From Candidatus Omnitrophota bacterium (lineage in GTDB: Bacteria; Omnitrophota; Gorgyraeia; Duberdicusellales; 4484-171), in contig JAAEQW010000116.1 in the NCBI GenBank assembly GCA_024231025.1, forward strand, positions 1-62,629: a stretch of 62,629 bases of DNA, in the 5' to 3' direction. Positions 8,912 through 19,552 of this stretch are shown piece after piece (within the stretch, counting starts at the first letter, position 1; the number at the start of each line of letters is the position of its first letter). The notes below the pieces were generated by a model. It was not told the origin of the DNA. It was given only the letters and a program-made list of their open reading frames with translations, and ran no database searches. Position numbers and translations under genes: made by a program.

Positions 8912-9712
8912 ATGAGTAAAACTTTAAAAGCAATTATTTTTGTCGTTTTAATTCTTGTTCCGATATTTTTTTACAGGGGTTTATCTAGGCAAAAAGCAAC
9001 TACCAAGGTTGAAACTGCCACAGTTAAAAACGATGTAGTTACCACTAAACCCAAAATGGCAATTATTTTTGATGACTTAGGTGAAAGCTTAAGTGAAGTG
9101 AAAGAAGTTTATTCGCTAGACATTCCGGTTACTATTTCTGTAATACCGGGTTTAAAATTTTCAAAAAATATTGCCCATATTGGGGACCGTTGTGGATTTT
9201 CAGTTATGGTGCACATGCCGATGGAGCCCAAAAACGAAAAGCAATATAGAACTAATAAGTATAAGTTTATACGCGCTGCGATGAAAAGAAGGGAAATAAA
9301 ATCTTTACTGCGCTACTATTTAAATTCAATTAAGATTGCCATTGGTGTGAATAATCACATGGGTTCGGCTGCTACTGAAGATTTTGCGCTTATGTCTACG
9401 GTTATGGAGGCGATAAAAGAGAAAAAACTTATTTTTATTGATAGCCGTACGTCACTGGAATCAGTTGCCTATGACGCTGCTATTAAAACGGGTTTAGTTG
9501 CGGGCTTTGCTGAAGGATTTATTGATGCAATTGATGATACAGCTTTTATTGAAAAAAGGATCGATCAGCTTGCCGAAAGAGCAAGGCATAAGGGGAAAAT
9601 TATTGTTATTGGTCACCCTAAAAGTAAGACCTTCAAAGCGCTAAAAAAGAAATTACCTGCTTTAAAAAAAGAAATAGACTTCGTTACAATAGAGGATTTG
9701 TTTAGCTTATAA
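8912..9712 (+). CDS. Divergent polysaccharide deacetylase (YibQ family), N-terminal membrane anchor
   Basis: AIIFDDLG, VHMPMEP and GVNNHMGSAAT motifs, plus an N-terminal hydrophobic helix. Confidence 0.75.
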   Translation: MSKTLKAIIFVVLILVPIFFYRGLSRQKATTKVETATVKNDVVTTKPKMAIIFDDLGESLSEVKEVYSLDIPVTISVIPGLKFSKNIAHIGDRCGFSVMVHMPMEPKNEKQYRTNKYKFIRAAMKRREIKSLLRYYLNSIKIAIGVNNHMGSAATEDFALMSTVMEAIKEKKLIFIDSRTSLESVAYDAAIKTGLVAGFAEGFIDAIDDTAFIEKRIDQLAERARHKGKIIVIGHPKSKTFKALKKKLPALKKEIDFVTIEDLFSL

Positions 9713-9722
9713 CTCGCCTTTT

Positions 9723-10250
9723 ATGAAAAAAGTTTTACTGCATATTTGTTGTGGCGTATGCGCTTTGCATGCGATTGATCGGCTTAAAGAGGATGGATTT
9801 CTTGTTTGGGGTTTGTTTTTTAATCCCAATATTTATCCTCACCAAGAATATCAAAAAAGGCTAGATAGCTGCCGTTGCCTAAAAGATTTAAAATCAATTG
9901 AGTTGATCGAAGAGCAATATTTAGCGCAGGATTGGTTGGATCTCTGCCAAGGGTTTGAAAAAGAGCCTGAAAATGGCCGCCGTTGCCTGCTTTGCTACGC
10001 AATGCGTCTCGAGCGAACATACGAGCTTGCAAAAGCAAGCAAATTTGATTGCTTTACAACTACCTTAACAATTAGCCCGCATAAAAACAGCAGAATTATA
10101 AATGAAATGGGTAATAAAATCGGTGGTGATTATTTTTTAGCTTGCGATTTTAAAAAAGAAGATGGATTCAAAAAAACAATTGAACTAGCCAAGCAAAATA
10201 ATTTTTACCGACAGAACTATTGCGGATGTGTATATAGCTTAACCCCATAA
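9723..10250 (+). CDS. queH: Epoxyqueuosine reductase QueH (DUF208)
   Basis: N-terminal LLHICCGVC, FFNPNIYPHQEY and C-terminal YRQNYCGCVYS are typical of QueH. Confidence 0.8.
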   Translation: MKKVLLHICCGVCALHAIDRLKEDGFLVWGLFFNPNIYPHQEYQKRLDSCRCLKDLKSIELIEEQYLAQDWLDLCQGFEKEPENGRRCLLCYAMRLERTYELAKASKFDCFTTTLTISPHKNSRIINEMGNKIGGDYFLACDFKKEDGFKKTIELAKQNNFYRQNYCGCVYSLTP

Positions 10251-10256
10251 TTATTT

Positions 10257-11159
10257 ATGGAAAGATATTATTCGTTTAATAGGTATTTAAAAAGCATCTT
10301 TGGTTCTCGCGTGCATCGCATTGGTATTAATGCGGGATTTAGTTGCCCTAATATCGATGGTACTTTATCTGATGATGGATGCAGCTATTGCAACAATAAG
10401 GCATTTGGGGTGTATGTTCGTTGTGACGCTGAAATAAAGAAGCAGATAGAAGAGTCGATTAGCTTTTATAAGCAACGCATGGGGGTCAACCAATTTATTG
10501 CTTATTTTCAATCTTTTAGTAACACTTATGCTGATCTTGACAGGTTGAAACAAGCCTATAATGTAGTGAGGAGTTTTCCTGAGATTGCTGGAATCTGTAT
10601 ATCTACAAGACCGGATTGTGTTGATGAAGATAAGATAAGGATGATTTCGCAGTATAAGAAAGATTATCTTGTCTGGATCGAATACGGATTGCAAACGACA
10701 AGCAACAAAATGCTACGAGCTATAAATCGCAACCATACCTATGAAGATTTCCTTTTTTCATTAAACTTAACTAGAAAGTATAAAATTAATGCTGGCGTGC
10801 ATATGATTTTAGGCTTACCTAAAGCAACTCATCAAGATATGATGACAGACTGCCATAATTTAGCCAAGCTTGATTTGCAAGGCATAAAATTTCATGTTCT
10901 ACATGTTTCGAAAAATACCTCCCTCGAGAAGGCCTACAATAAAGGCGAGGTAAGGCTTATGACCGAGGCTGAGTATATAAGCGTTGTGTGTGATTTTCTG
11001 GAGTGCTTACCGCCGACGATTGCGATATTGAGACTTGCGTCAACCGCCTTTAAGGATTATTTAATTGCGCCTAGTTGGACTAGCAATAAGTCGGTAGTTA
11101 TCGAAGGCATAAGAAGAGAACTAGTTAAGAGAAATACTCATCAGGGGTGTAAGTTATAA
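10257..11159 (+). CDS. TIGR01212-family radical SAM protein (YhcC/YtqA-like)
   Basis: RVHRIGINAGFSCPNIDGT...GCSYCNN N-terminal cluster region; about 300 aa. Confidence 0.75.
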   Translation: MERYYSFNRYLKSIFGSRVHRIGINAGFSCPNIDGTLSDDGCSYCNNKAFGVYVRCDAEIKKQIEESISFYKQRMGVNQFIAYFQSFSNTYADLDRLKQAYNVVRSFPEIAGICISTRPDCVDEDKIRMISQYKKDYLVWIEYGLQTTSNKMLRAINRNHTYEDFLFSLNLTRKYKINAGVHMILGLPKATHQDMMTDCHNLAKLDLQGIKFHVLHVSKNTSLEKAYNKGEVRLMTEAEYISVVCDFLECLPPTIAILRLASTAFKDYLIAPSWTSNKSVVIEGIRRELVKRNTHQGCKL

Positions 11160-11340
11160 GTTATAAGTTGTAGGTCATAAGTTAGCGTAAAACTAAAAAC
11201 GAAAAACGTAAAGCCATAGCGTAAAATTTAAAACCAAATGGATTCTTTATTCCGGAAAGAAATTTTGAATTTTGAATTATGGTTTTTCGCTTTTAGCTTT
11301 TCGTTTTTAGTTGATTTTTTATGACTTACGACTTCACAAG
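11150..11340 (+). repeat. Family-B dispersed long-hairpin repeat (copy B1)
   Basis: ...agcgtaaaactaaaaacgaaaaacgtaaagccatagcgtaaaatttaaaa...ttccggaaa...tttgaattatggtttttcgcttttagcttttcgtttttag.... The arms are mutually complementary. About 90% or more identical by eye to 32800-32990 and to the reverse complement of 30537-30709. Confidence 0.85.
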
Positions 11341-11357
11341 GAACTTGTGAATAAGCC

Positions 11358-11385
11358 TTGATAGCATGGCGAAATAGCGTATAAT
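11358..11385 (+). promoter_or_regulatory. Sigma70-like promoter upstream of nadE
   Basis: TTGATA (11358-11363), 16-nt spacer, TATAAT (11380-11385). Confidence 0.5.
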
Positions 11386-11424
11386 ATTTTTTTACCATGA
11401 ACCCTGTTCGGTCTTTAGACTTTA

Positions 11425-13065
11425 ATGGGGAATAATAAGAAGAAAGGACTAAATAGAGTGAAAGTTGCTTTAGCTCAAATTAATTGTTGCGTGGGCGATC
11501 TTGACGGCAATACCAAAAAAATCATTTCCGCTATTAAAAAAGCTAAGCTTAAGGGTGTTGACCTTCTGGCTTTTCCAGAACTAGCCGTTACGGGGTATCC
11601 ACCGGAGGATCTTCTTTTAAGAGAGAGCTTTGTTGCTAAGAATTTGCAGTGCCTTAAGCGTATTGAAAAAGTAACAAAAGGTATCGCGGTGGTAGTTGGT
11701 TTTGTTAGTCGGGATAAAGAAGGGCTATATAATTCTTGCGCAATTGTTTGCGATGGTAAGATTAAAAACATATACAATAAAATCAACCTGCCGAATTATG
11801 GCGTGTTTGATGAAAAGCGTTATTTCGCACACGGTGATGAATTATGCATATACGAGTTTGAGGGTAGGAGATTTTGTATAAATATTTGTGAAGACATCTG
11901 GGAAGAAAATTTTGCCGACTATCTAAAGGGTCAGAATCTTGATTTTATCTTAAATATCTCAGCATCTCCGTTTTATGTGGGAAAAGTTTTTCTACGTGAT
12001 CAAGTTTTATCCAGAGTTGCAAAAAAAACAAAAACAACGCTTTTTTATTGTAATCTTGTGGGTGGACAAGATGAGATTGTTTTTGACGGCACGAGTAAAA
12101 TTTTCTCAAAAGATGGAAAATTAATTGCTTGTGCAAAAAGATTCAAAGAAGACCTAATAGTTTTTGATTTTAATGGTAAGAAAAAATATCCGCTAAAAAC
12201 AATAAAAATCAATAAAGAGGAAGAAGTGTGTTCGGCTGTTTCACTTGGCCTGCATGATTACATACAAAAGAATGGCTTTAAAAGTGTTGCGGTTGGTGTT
12301 AGCGGAGGCATTGATTCGGCGTTGACTCTTGCTTTGGCGGTGCGTGTTCTTGGTAAAGAAAACGTTTATGGTTTGATTATGCCATCACAATATACATCAA
12401 AAGGCACTTTAGCCGATGCTAAAAAAATCTGCAAAAATTTAGGCATAAAAAATCACATCATTAATATCGAAAGCATTTATACAAGTTATGAAAAAGCACT
12501 GAAGCCTGTTTTTAAAGGAAAGAGAGCTGATGTAACCGAAGAGAACATCCAAGCAAGAATTCGCGGCAATCTTTTAATGGCATTTTCTAATAAATTTGGC
12601 GCCCTTGTGCTGAATACAGGAAATAAGAGCGAGGGTTCTTGCGGGTATTGCACCCTTTATGGTGATATGATAGGTGGATATGCGCCGCTGAAGGATTTAA
12701 CCAAAAACATGGTTTATAAGCTTGCACGCTATATAAATAAAACTTCCAAAGGAGATGTTATCCCGAAAACAACAATTACCAGGGCTCCTTCGGCAGAGTT
12801 ACGCCTTAATCAAAAAGATGCCGACAGTCTTGGGCCGTATAATTTATTGGATCCAATATTGGAATACTACATTGAGAAAGATTTATCTTTAGAGCAGATA
12901 GTAAATGAGGGATTTAAGAGGAGTGTGGTTGAAAAAGTGATAAAAATGGTTGATTCTAACGAATACAAGCGTCGCCAGGCGCCGTTGGGTGTAAAAATTA
13001 CACAACGTGCTTTCGGAAAAGACAGACGCATGCCGATAACTAATAAGTATAGAATTGCTACGTAA
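11425..13065 (+). CDS. nadE: Glutamine-dependent NAD+ synthetase
   Basis: N-terminal CN-hydrolase domain (VALAQIN..., FPELAVTGY, CEDIW) plus a C-terminal NAD-synthase domain (GVSGGIDSA). An alternative in-frame GTG start at 11458 (VKVALAQ) has a better SD-like aaagga. Confidence 0.9.
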   Translation: MGNNKKKGLNRVKVALAQINCCVGDLDGNTKKIISAIKKAKLKGVDLLAFPELAVTGYPPEDLLLRESFVAKNLQCLKRIEKVTKGIAVVVGFVSRDKEGLYNSCAIVCDGKIKNIYNKINLPNYGVFDEKRYFAHGDELCIYEFEGRRFCINICEDIWEENFADYLKGQNLDFILNISASPFYVGKVFLRDQVLSRVAKKTKTTLFYCNLVGGQDEIVFDGTSKIFSKDGKLIACAKRFKEDLIVFDFNGKKKYPLKTIKINKEEEVCSAVSLGLHDYIQKNGFKSVAVGVSGGIDSALTLALAVRVLGKENVYGLIMPSQYTSKGTLADAKKICKNLGIKNHIINIESIYTSYEKALKPVFKGKRADVTEENIQARIRGNLLMAFSNKFGALVLNTGNKSEGSCGYCTLYGDMIGGYAPLKDLTKNMVYKLARYINKTSKGDVIPKTTITRAPSAELRLNQKDADSLGPYNLLDPILEYYIEKDLSLEQIVNEGFKRSVVEKVIKMVDSNEYKRRQAPLGVKITQRAFGKDRRMPITNKYRIAT

Positions 13066-13300
13066 TTCTTGTACAGTCGTAAGCAACAAGTTATAAGTAC
13101 TAAGTGATAAACTATGAGTTGTAACTCGGTTATTTTCAATACAAGATACAAGAAACAAGATACAAGATGCAAACAAATTACAATACCCAATTATCAAACC
13201 GTTTGGTTATTTGAATTTGGTCATTGGTTATTGTTTGGTCATTGTAACTTGGTTATTGTTTTATTTAGCAAGATCCCGTCACATGACGGGAATTATTTAT
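13066..13300 (+). repeat. Family-A dispersed long-hairpin repeat (copy A2)
   Basis: A/C-rich arm (caatacaagatacaagaaacaagatacaagatgcaaacaaattacaat...) facing a G/T-rich arm (gtttggttatttgaatttggtcattggttattgtttggtcattgtaacttggttattg). Terminal mini-hairpin cccgtc-acat-gacggg (13275-13290). Related copies at 8046-8262 (inverted), 37225-37352 and 40128-40312. Confidence 0.85.
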
Positions 13301-13321
13301 GACTGAATTGTGGAGGTAAAA

Positions 13322-13834
13322 ATGAGAATAATATCATTTCTTTTGATTTTTGTTTTTTGCGCAATGAATGTTTTTGCTTTAGAAATTCGTAGTTCGGCTT
13401 TTGAAAACGGAGGCTATTTACCGGCGAAATATACTTGCGATTCTGTAAACGTTTCACCGTCTTTTTTCTGGAGCGATATTCCGTCCAAAACAAAAAGTTT
13501 TGTTCTTATTTGCGATGATCCGGATGCGCCGTATGGGAATTGGACACATTGGGTAGTTTTTAATATTTCAGCCGATACAGTTCAGCTTCCGGAGGGTATC
13601 GCAAAAGATACAACTTTGCCTTTGATGGCAAAACAAGGGATGAATGATTTTGGTGAGGTCGGTTATGGAGGCGCTTGCCCACCGGCTGGTAATGTGCATC
13701 GTTATTTTTTCAAACTATATGCTTTAAATACAACTCTTGATTTAGACGATGATGCCAATAAAGATGATGTAGTCGAGGCAATGAAAGGGTATATCATTGC
13801 TGAAGCAAAAATAAAAGGACTATATAGAAGATAA
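13322..13834 (+). CDS. YbhB/YbcL-family (PEBP/Raf-kinase-inhibitor-like) protein with signal peptide
   Basis: CDDPDAP, WTHWVVFNI and GYGGACPP...HRYFFKLYAL motifs. ATG 13322 is preceded by GGAGG (13312-13316); the track GTG at 13310 is less likely. Confidence 0.8.
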   Translation: MRIISFLLIFVFCAMNVFALEIRSSAFENGGYLPAKYTCDSVNVSPSFFWSDIPSKTKSFVLICDDPDAPYGNWTHWVVFNISADTVQLPEGIAKDTTLPLMAKQGMNDFGEVGYGGACPPAGNVHRYFFKLYALNTTLDLDDDANKDDVVEAMKGYIIAEAKIKGLYRR

Positions 13835-13870
13835 GTTGCAAGAGACTATAGACCATAGACCATAGACAAG

Positions 13871-13914
13871 AAACAAAATATCCGCCTGCCAATACGGCGG
13901 GTAATTTGTTTTTT
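13871..13914 (+). terminator. Rho-independent terminator-like hairpin after the PEBP gene
   Basis: aaacaaaata-tccgcc-tgccaatac-ggcggg-taatttgtttttt: a G+C stem extended by A/T pairing and followed by a T-run. Preceded by family-C words (gaccatagaccatagac, 13846-13866). Confidence 0.6.
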
Positions 13915-13923
13915 GGAGCTTAG

Positions 13924-15499
<1,576 letters not shown>

Positions 15500-15557
15500 G
15501 TTGATAGTATAAATAGGCAAAAGATGGTTGACGAAGGCCGGTGAAGGTTTTCGATTT

Positions 15558-15634
15558 CGCGGGGTGGAGCAGTCAGGCAGCTCGCAAGGCTCATAACCTT
15601 GAGGTCAGAGGTTCAATTCCTCTCCCCGCAACCA
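15558..15634 (+). tRNA. tRNA-Met (anticodon CAU), initiator-type
   Basis: The 77-nt cloverleaf folds by hand: acceptor CGCGGGG/CCCCGCA with a C1-A72 mismatch (bacterial initiator hallmark), D arm GAGC..GCTC, anticodon loop CTCATAA, T arm AGAGG-TTCAATT-CCTCT, encoded ACCA. Very close to E. coli tRNA-fMet at the 5' end. Confidence 0.92.
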
Positions 15635-15645
15635 TCTTTATAGTA

Positions 15646-15674
15646 GGGGCACAGCGGGCTGTGCCCTTTTTTTA
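15646..15674 (+). terminator. Rho-independent terminator after the tRNA
   Basis: gggcaca...tgtgccc stem followed by ttttttt (15667-15673). Confidence 0.75.
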
Positions 15675-15855
15675 TTTTTGGTGAGGTCAACATTGGATCC
15701 AGTAAGCCTTTTAAAATCAAGCATAATTAGAGCTCTTAAAGTGCTTGACTCAGAATATCAAATATGATAATCTAATTTTACGAAAAGCACCCATGAGGGT
15801 GTTTTCTTTTATGTTAAGTAGTAATTATAAAGTTTGTATCACTAAAGGAGGTAGT

Positions 15856-16482
15856 ATGAGGAAGAAAATTCTCTTCTATGTTTTGGTACCTTTTCTTATT
15901 TTCACTTTGAATGGCTGCGCGCTTATTTTGCAAAAAGGAAGGCGCTCTGATATGGAAAAAATTGAGTCGCTCGAAAAAGAGCTTGCCGAATTAAGACGCA
16001 CAAGAGGCGTTTTAGAACAACGCTTAGCTCAAGAAATCGAGAATGATCAAGTAAGCGTAAGAATGGGCAAGCGAGGCTTAGTTATTACTTTTGTTGCTGA
16101 AGTTCTTTTTGATTCAGGAAAGGCTAAGCTAAGAGATCAAGCTAAGTTTACCCTTGAGAAGATTGCCGGTATTCTTGGAGAAGAAGTTCCCGAAAATCAT
16201 ATTGCTGTAGAGGGTCACACCGATAACGTACCGATAAAACATTCTCGCTGGAAGTCAAATTGGGAATTGTCAGCACATCGCGCTTTAAGTGTTTTGAGTT
16301 TTCTGGAAAGTGTAGGCATTGATTCGTCTAAGCTCTCTGCAACTGGCTATGGAGAATTCCAACCAGTAGGCTCTAATGATGATGCCGGAGGAAAGCAACT
16401 AAATAGAAGAGTTGAGATTATTATCGTGCCGAATTCCACCTATGCTACACAAACGGATCTTGATGTGGAGGATCTGAAATGA
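15856..16482 (+). CDS. OmpA/MotB-family peptidoglycan-binding lipoprotein
   Basis: ATG 15856 follows AAAGGAGG. Lipobox FTLNGC. C-terminal OmpA-like domain (VEGHTDNVP..., NWELSAHRA, NRRVEIIIVP). The track TTG start at 15745 is rejected. Confidence 0.8.
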   Translation: MRKKILFYVLVPFLIFTLNGCALILQKGRRSDMEKIESLEKELAELRRTRGVLEQRLAQEIENDQVSVRMGKRGLVITFVAEVLFDSGKAKLRDQAKFTLEKIAGILGEEVPENHIAVEGHTDNVPIKHSRWKSNWELSAHRALSVLSFLESVGIDSSKLSATGYGEFQPVGSNDDAGGKQLNRRVEIIIVPNSTYATQTDLDVEDLK

Positions 16483-16835
16483 CCGATAAACCGCTAGTCT
16501 TAAGTCTTTTAATCGGACTTGTTGTTGTTTTGCTTATTGCTGGTGTTTCTATTTTGGTTAAGATGAATTCCCTGTCAGATGTTTATAAGCAGGAATTAGC
16601 AAAAAGCATTACATTGCAAAAAAATATTGAAGATTTAAAATCGGAAAATGAGTCGTTGGAAAAAGACAATAAAGAGCTGCAGGCTAGAAAAGATGCAATT
16701 GAAGATGAAAACGCAAGTTTGAAAGATTCCGTTACGACATTGCAAATTGAAAATAAAAAGCTTGAGAAGCTTAAGGAAAAATTAGAAGATAATCTTACCG
16801 AAGAGCTGATAAAGAAGAACCCAAAGGGGAACTAA
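16479..16835 (+). CDS. Membrane-anchored coiled-coil protein, function unknown
   Basis: ATGA overlap with the OmpA-like gene. N-terminal TM helix, then a heptad-rich K/E/L sequence. Confidence 0.6.
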   Translation: MTDKPLVLSLLIGLVVVLLIAGVSILVKMNSLSDVYKQELAKSITLQKNIEDLKSENESLEKDNKELQARKDAIEDENASLKDSVTTLQIENKKLEKLKEKLEDNLTEELIKKNPKGN

Positions 16836-16862
16836 CCGTAAACAACAAGTTGCACTTTGCAA

Positions 16863-16886
16863 GGGGGCCGATACGCCCCCTTTTTT
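16863..16886 (+). terminator. Rho-independent terminator
   Basis: gggggc-cgatac-gccccc followed by tttttt (16881-16886). Confidence 0.75.
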
Positions 16887-16894
16887 AATTGATT

Positions 16895-17599
16895 ATGAAG
16901 TCAAAAACTCCAAAACATATTGCAATAATCATGGATGGAAATGGCCGTTGGGCTAAGGCAAGAGGCCTATCTCGAACGTTGGGTCATAAAGAAGGCGTTA
17001 AACGAGTTGTTGAAATGCTAAGGGAAGCTAAGAAATTAGGAATAAAAATAGTTACTGTTTTTGCTTTTTCGTCTGAGAATTGGTCGCGTTCGGGTAAGGA
17101 AGTGAACAAGATTTTTTCGTATATGCGAATATTCTTAGATCTCTATAAGCAAGAATTGCTAAAACAGGGTGTTAGGCTTAATATGATTGGGCGCAGAGAT
17201 AGAATAGATGAAGGTTCGATGAAGAAATTACAAGAAATTGAAGTTGCCACCGCAAATAATGAGGCACTTTTATTTAATGTTGCTTTAGATTATGGGGGAC
17301 GATGGGATATCGTTCAAGCAGCAAAAAAAATTGCTAAAGATTACAAGACCAAAAAGATATCTACTGATGGCATAAATGAAGCTGTTTTTAGTAATTATCT
17401 TTCTTTGCGAGACCTGCCGGATCCTGATTTAATGATTAGAACTTCCGGCGAGGAAAGAGTGAGTAATTTTTTGATATGGAACCTAGCCTACAGTGAGCTT
17501 TATTTTTGTCCTAAGCATTGGCCTGATTTCGACAAGAAGGAATTAGCAAAAGCAATAGACGTTTACTCTAAAAGAAAAAGAAGGTTCGGTAAAGTATGA
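16895..17599 (+). CDS. uppS: Undecaprenyl-diphosphate synthase (isoprenyl transferase)
   Basis: HIAIIMDGNGRWA, FAFSSENW.R and RTSGEERVSNFLIWN motifs. ATG 16895 is preferred to the TTG at 16889. Confidence 0.93.
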   Translation: MKSKTPKHIAIIMDGNGRWAKARGLSRTLGHKEGVKRVVEMLREAKKLGIKIVTVFAFSSENWSRSGKEVNKIFSYMRIFLDLYKQELLKQGVRLNMIGRRDRIDEGSMKKLQEIEVATANNEALLFNVALDYGGRWDIVQAAKKIAKDYKTKKISTDGINEAVFSNYLSLRDLPDPDLMIRTSGEERVSNFLIWNLAYSELYFCPKHWPDFDKKELAKAIDVYSKRKRRFGKV

Positions 17600-18387
17600 T
17601 GAAGCGTGTAGTAAGTTCAACTTTTTTAATTATTCTTACAATAATTGGAATAGCTTTTAAAGAGCTGTGCGCGGTTATTGTATGTGTAGTTACCTTTATC
17701 GCTCTTTATGAGTTTTTTTATATGGTTGAGAAAAAAGGTGTGCGCTTATTCAAACCGTTGGGGCTTATCGTTGGTGTATTCATTCCGATAACGATTTATT
17801 TTCGTTTTCCGATAAAAGAAGGGTGGCAGTTTTCGTTTGTTGTTTTGGGCTTATTCCTTTTATTTTTACTTGAGTTGCGTAAGAAAAGAGCTCATCAGCC
17901 GGTTTTTTCGATTTCAGCGACAGTATTTGGCATACTTTACATTTCGTGGTGTTTTAGTTTTATTATTCGCATTCGACAACTTCCGGAAGGTGCGCTTTTG
18001 GCCGGATTTTTGATTTTGGTTACTAAATCATCGGATATGGGTGCGTATTTTTGGGGGAAGGCATTCGGTAAAACGGCGCTTCTTGAGCGAGTAAGCCCTA
18101 AAAAGTCTTTGGAGGGCTCAATCGGCGGATTTTTTACAAGTTTGGTAGTTGGAATTATTTTTTCGTTATTCATTGGTAGTATTACCTTTTGGGAAAAATT
18201 CTTTTTAATTATAATTTTGGCAATAATTGCTCAATTAGGAGATCTTTTTGAGTCCTTAATTAAAAGAGATTGTCAGGTTAAGGATTCTGGAAAAATTTTC
18301 CCCGGAATGGGGGGAGTGCTAGATGTTATCGACAGTATCATTTTTACTGCGCCAACATTTTATTTATATGTTACGATGATGCGTTAA
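17596..18387 (+). CDS. cdsA: Phosphatidate cytidylyltransferase
   Basis: Polytopic membrane protein with SDMGAYFWGKAFGK and SPKKSLEGSIGG motifs. ATGA overlap with uppS. Confidence 0.9.
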   Translation: MMKRVVSSTFLIILTIIGIAFKELCAVIVCVVTFIALYEFFYMVEKKGVRLFKPLGLIVGVFIPITIYFRFPIKEGWQFSFVVLGLFLLFLLELRKKRAHQPVFSISATVFGILYISWCFSFIIRIRQLPEGALLAGFLILVTKSSDMGAYFWGKAFGKTALLERVSPKKSLEGSIGGFFTSLVVGIIFSLFIGSITFWEKFFLIIILAIIAQLGDLFESLIKRDCQVKDSGKIFPGMGGVLDVIDSIIFTAPTFYLYVTMMR

Positions 18388-18391
18388 ATTT

Positions 18392-19543
18392 ATGAAAAAA
18401 GTATTAATTTTTGGTTCAACCGGCTCTATAGGAAAAAACGCGTTAAGCGTTATGAAAACGGCTACTAGAAAGTTTAAGGTTTTGGGTCTTTGCGCTAATA
18501 GTGATATAAAGACGCTTCTTTTCCAGATAAAAGAATATTGTCCGCGTTATGTTTGCGTTGTTGATGAAAAACAAGCAAGCATACTAGCTAAAAGTTTAGA
18601 CAAGCGTATTACGCTTTTTAGGGGGCAAGTTGGTTTGGAGGAGTTTTCAACTATTAACAGTGATATTTCAATTATGGGAATTTCGGGGATAGCGGCGCTT
18701 AAATCGCTGATGATAAACTTAAAACATACAAAAAAAATTGCCTTGGCTAATAAGGAATCAATAGTTGTTGGTGGATCATTTGTTCTTAATAAAGCTAAAC
18801 GATGCAAAACTGAGATTATTCCGGTAGATAGTGAGATAAATTCGTTATTTCAACTTTTTTCAATAAATGATAAGCATTTAAACAAAGTTTATCTTACTGC
18901 ATCTGGAGGGTCACTTATAAATTATAAAAAGAAGGAATTGGCAAAAGTTAGCGCTAAAGAGGTGCTGGCGCATCCAACCTGGAAGATGGGGCCGCGCGTA
19001 ACCGTTGATAGCGCGACACTGGTGAATAAAGGGTTTGAGGTTATTGAAACCCATTGTTTTTTTGATATTCCATATGAAGATATTGATATTATAATTCATC
19101 GTCAATCGACAGTGCATGCGATGATTGAGTTTAAAGACAGTGCTTTGTTCGCCTGCATTTATCCACCGGACATGAAGATGCCGATTGCTTATGCACTCTA
19201 TCATCCTGCCAGGAGCCCACATGCTGGTGGCACTGGCCTTGGGCTTAAGTTTTCTTTGAGCTTTGAGCCACTTGACTATAAGCAGTTTCCTTCAATTAAG
19301 ATTATTCTTGAAGCGGCAAAACGAGGCGGCAATTCTTTGGCAGTATTAAATGCCTGTGATGAGGTGGCAGTTGAGTATTTTTTACGAGATAAAATTAAAT
19401 TTACTCATATACATAAAATTTTAGAACGTATGTTTAGTAAAATGCCGCAAGCTTCATTGAAAAGTGTAGATGACGTTTTCTTTTGGGATAAGTGGGCAAG
19501 ACAAAAAACAAATGAATATATAAAATCGGGACTAACCAACTAG
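18392..19543 (+). CDS. dxr: 1-deoxy-D-xylulose-5-phosphate reductoisomerase
   Basis: IFGSTGSIG, LANKESIV, PVDSEINS and HPTWKMG motifs. Confidence 0.93.
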   Translation: MKKVLIFGSTGSIGKNALSVMKTATRKFKVLGLCANSDIKTLLFQIKEYCPRYVCVVDEKQASILAKSLDKRITLFRGQVGLEEFSTINSDISIMGISGIAALKSLMINLKHTKKIALANKESIVVGGSFVLNKAKRCKTEIIPVDSEINSLFQLFSINDKHLNKVYLTASGGSLINYKKKELAKVSAKEVLAHPTWKMGPRVTVDSATLVNKGFEVIETHCFFDIPYEDIDIIIHRQSTVHAMIEFKDSALFACIYPPDMKMPIAYALYHPARSPHAGGTGLGLKFSLSFEPLDYKQFPSIKIILEAAKRGGNSLAVLNACDEVAVEYFLRDKIKFTHIHKILERMFSKMPQASLKSVDDVFFWDKWARQKTNEYIKSGLTN

Positions 19544-19552
19544 GAGTAAAAC

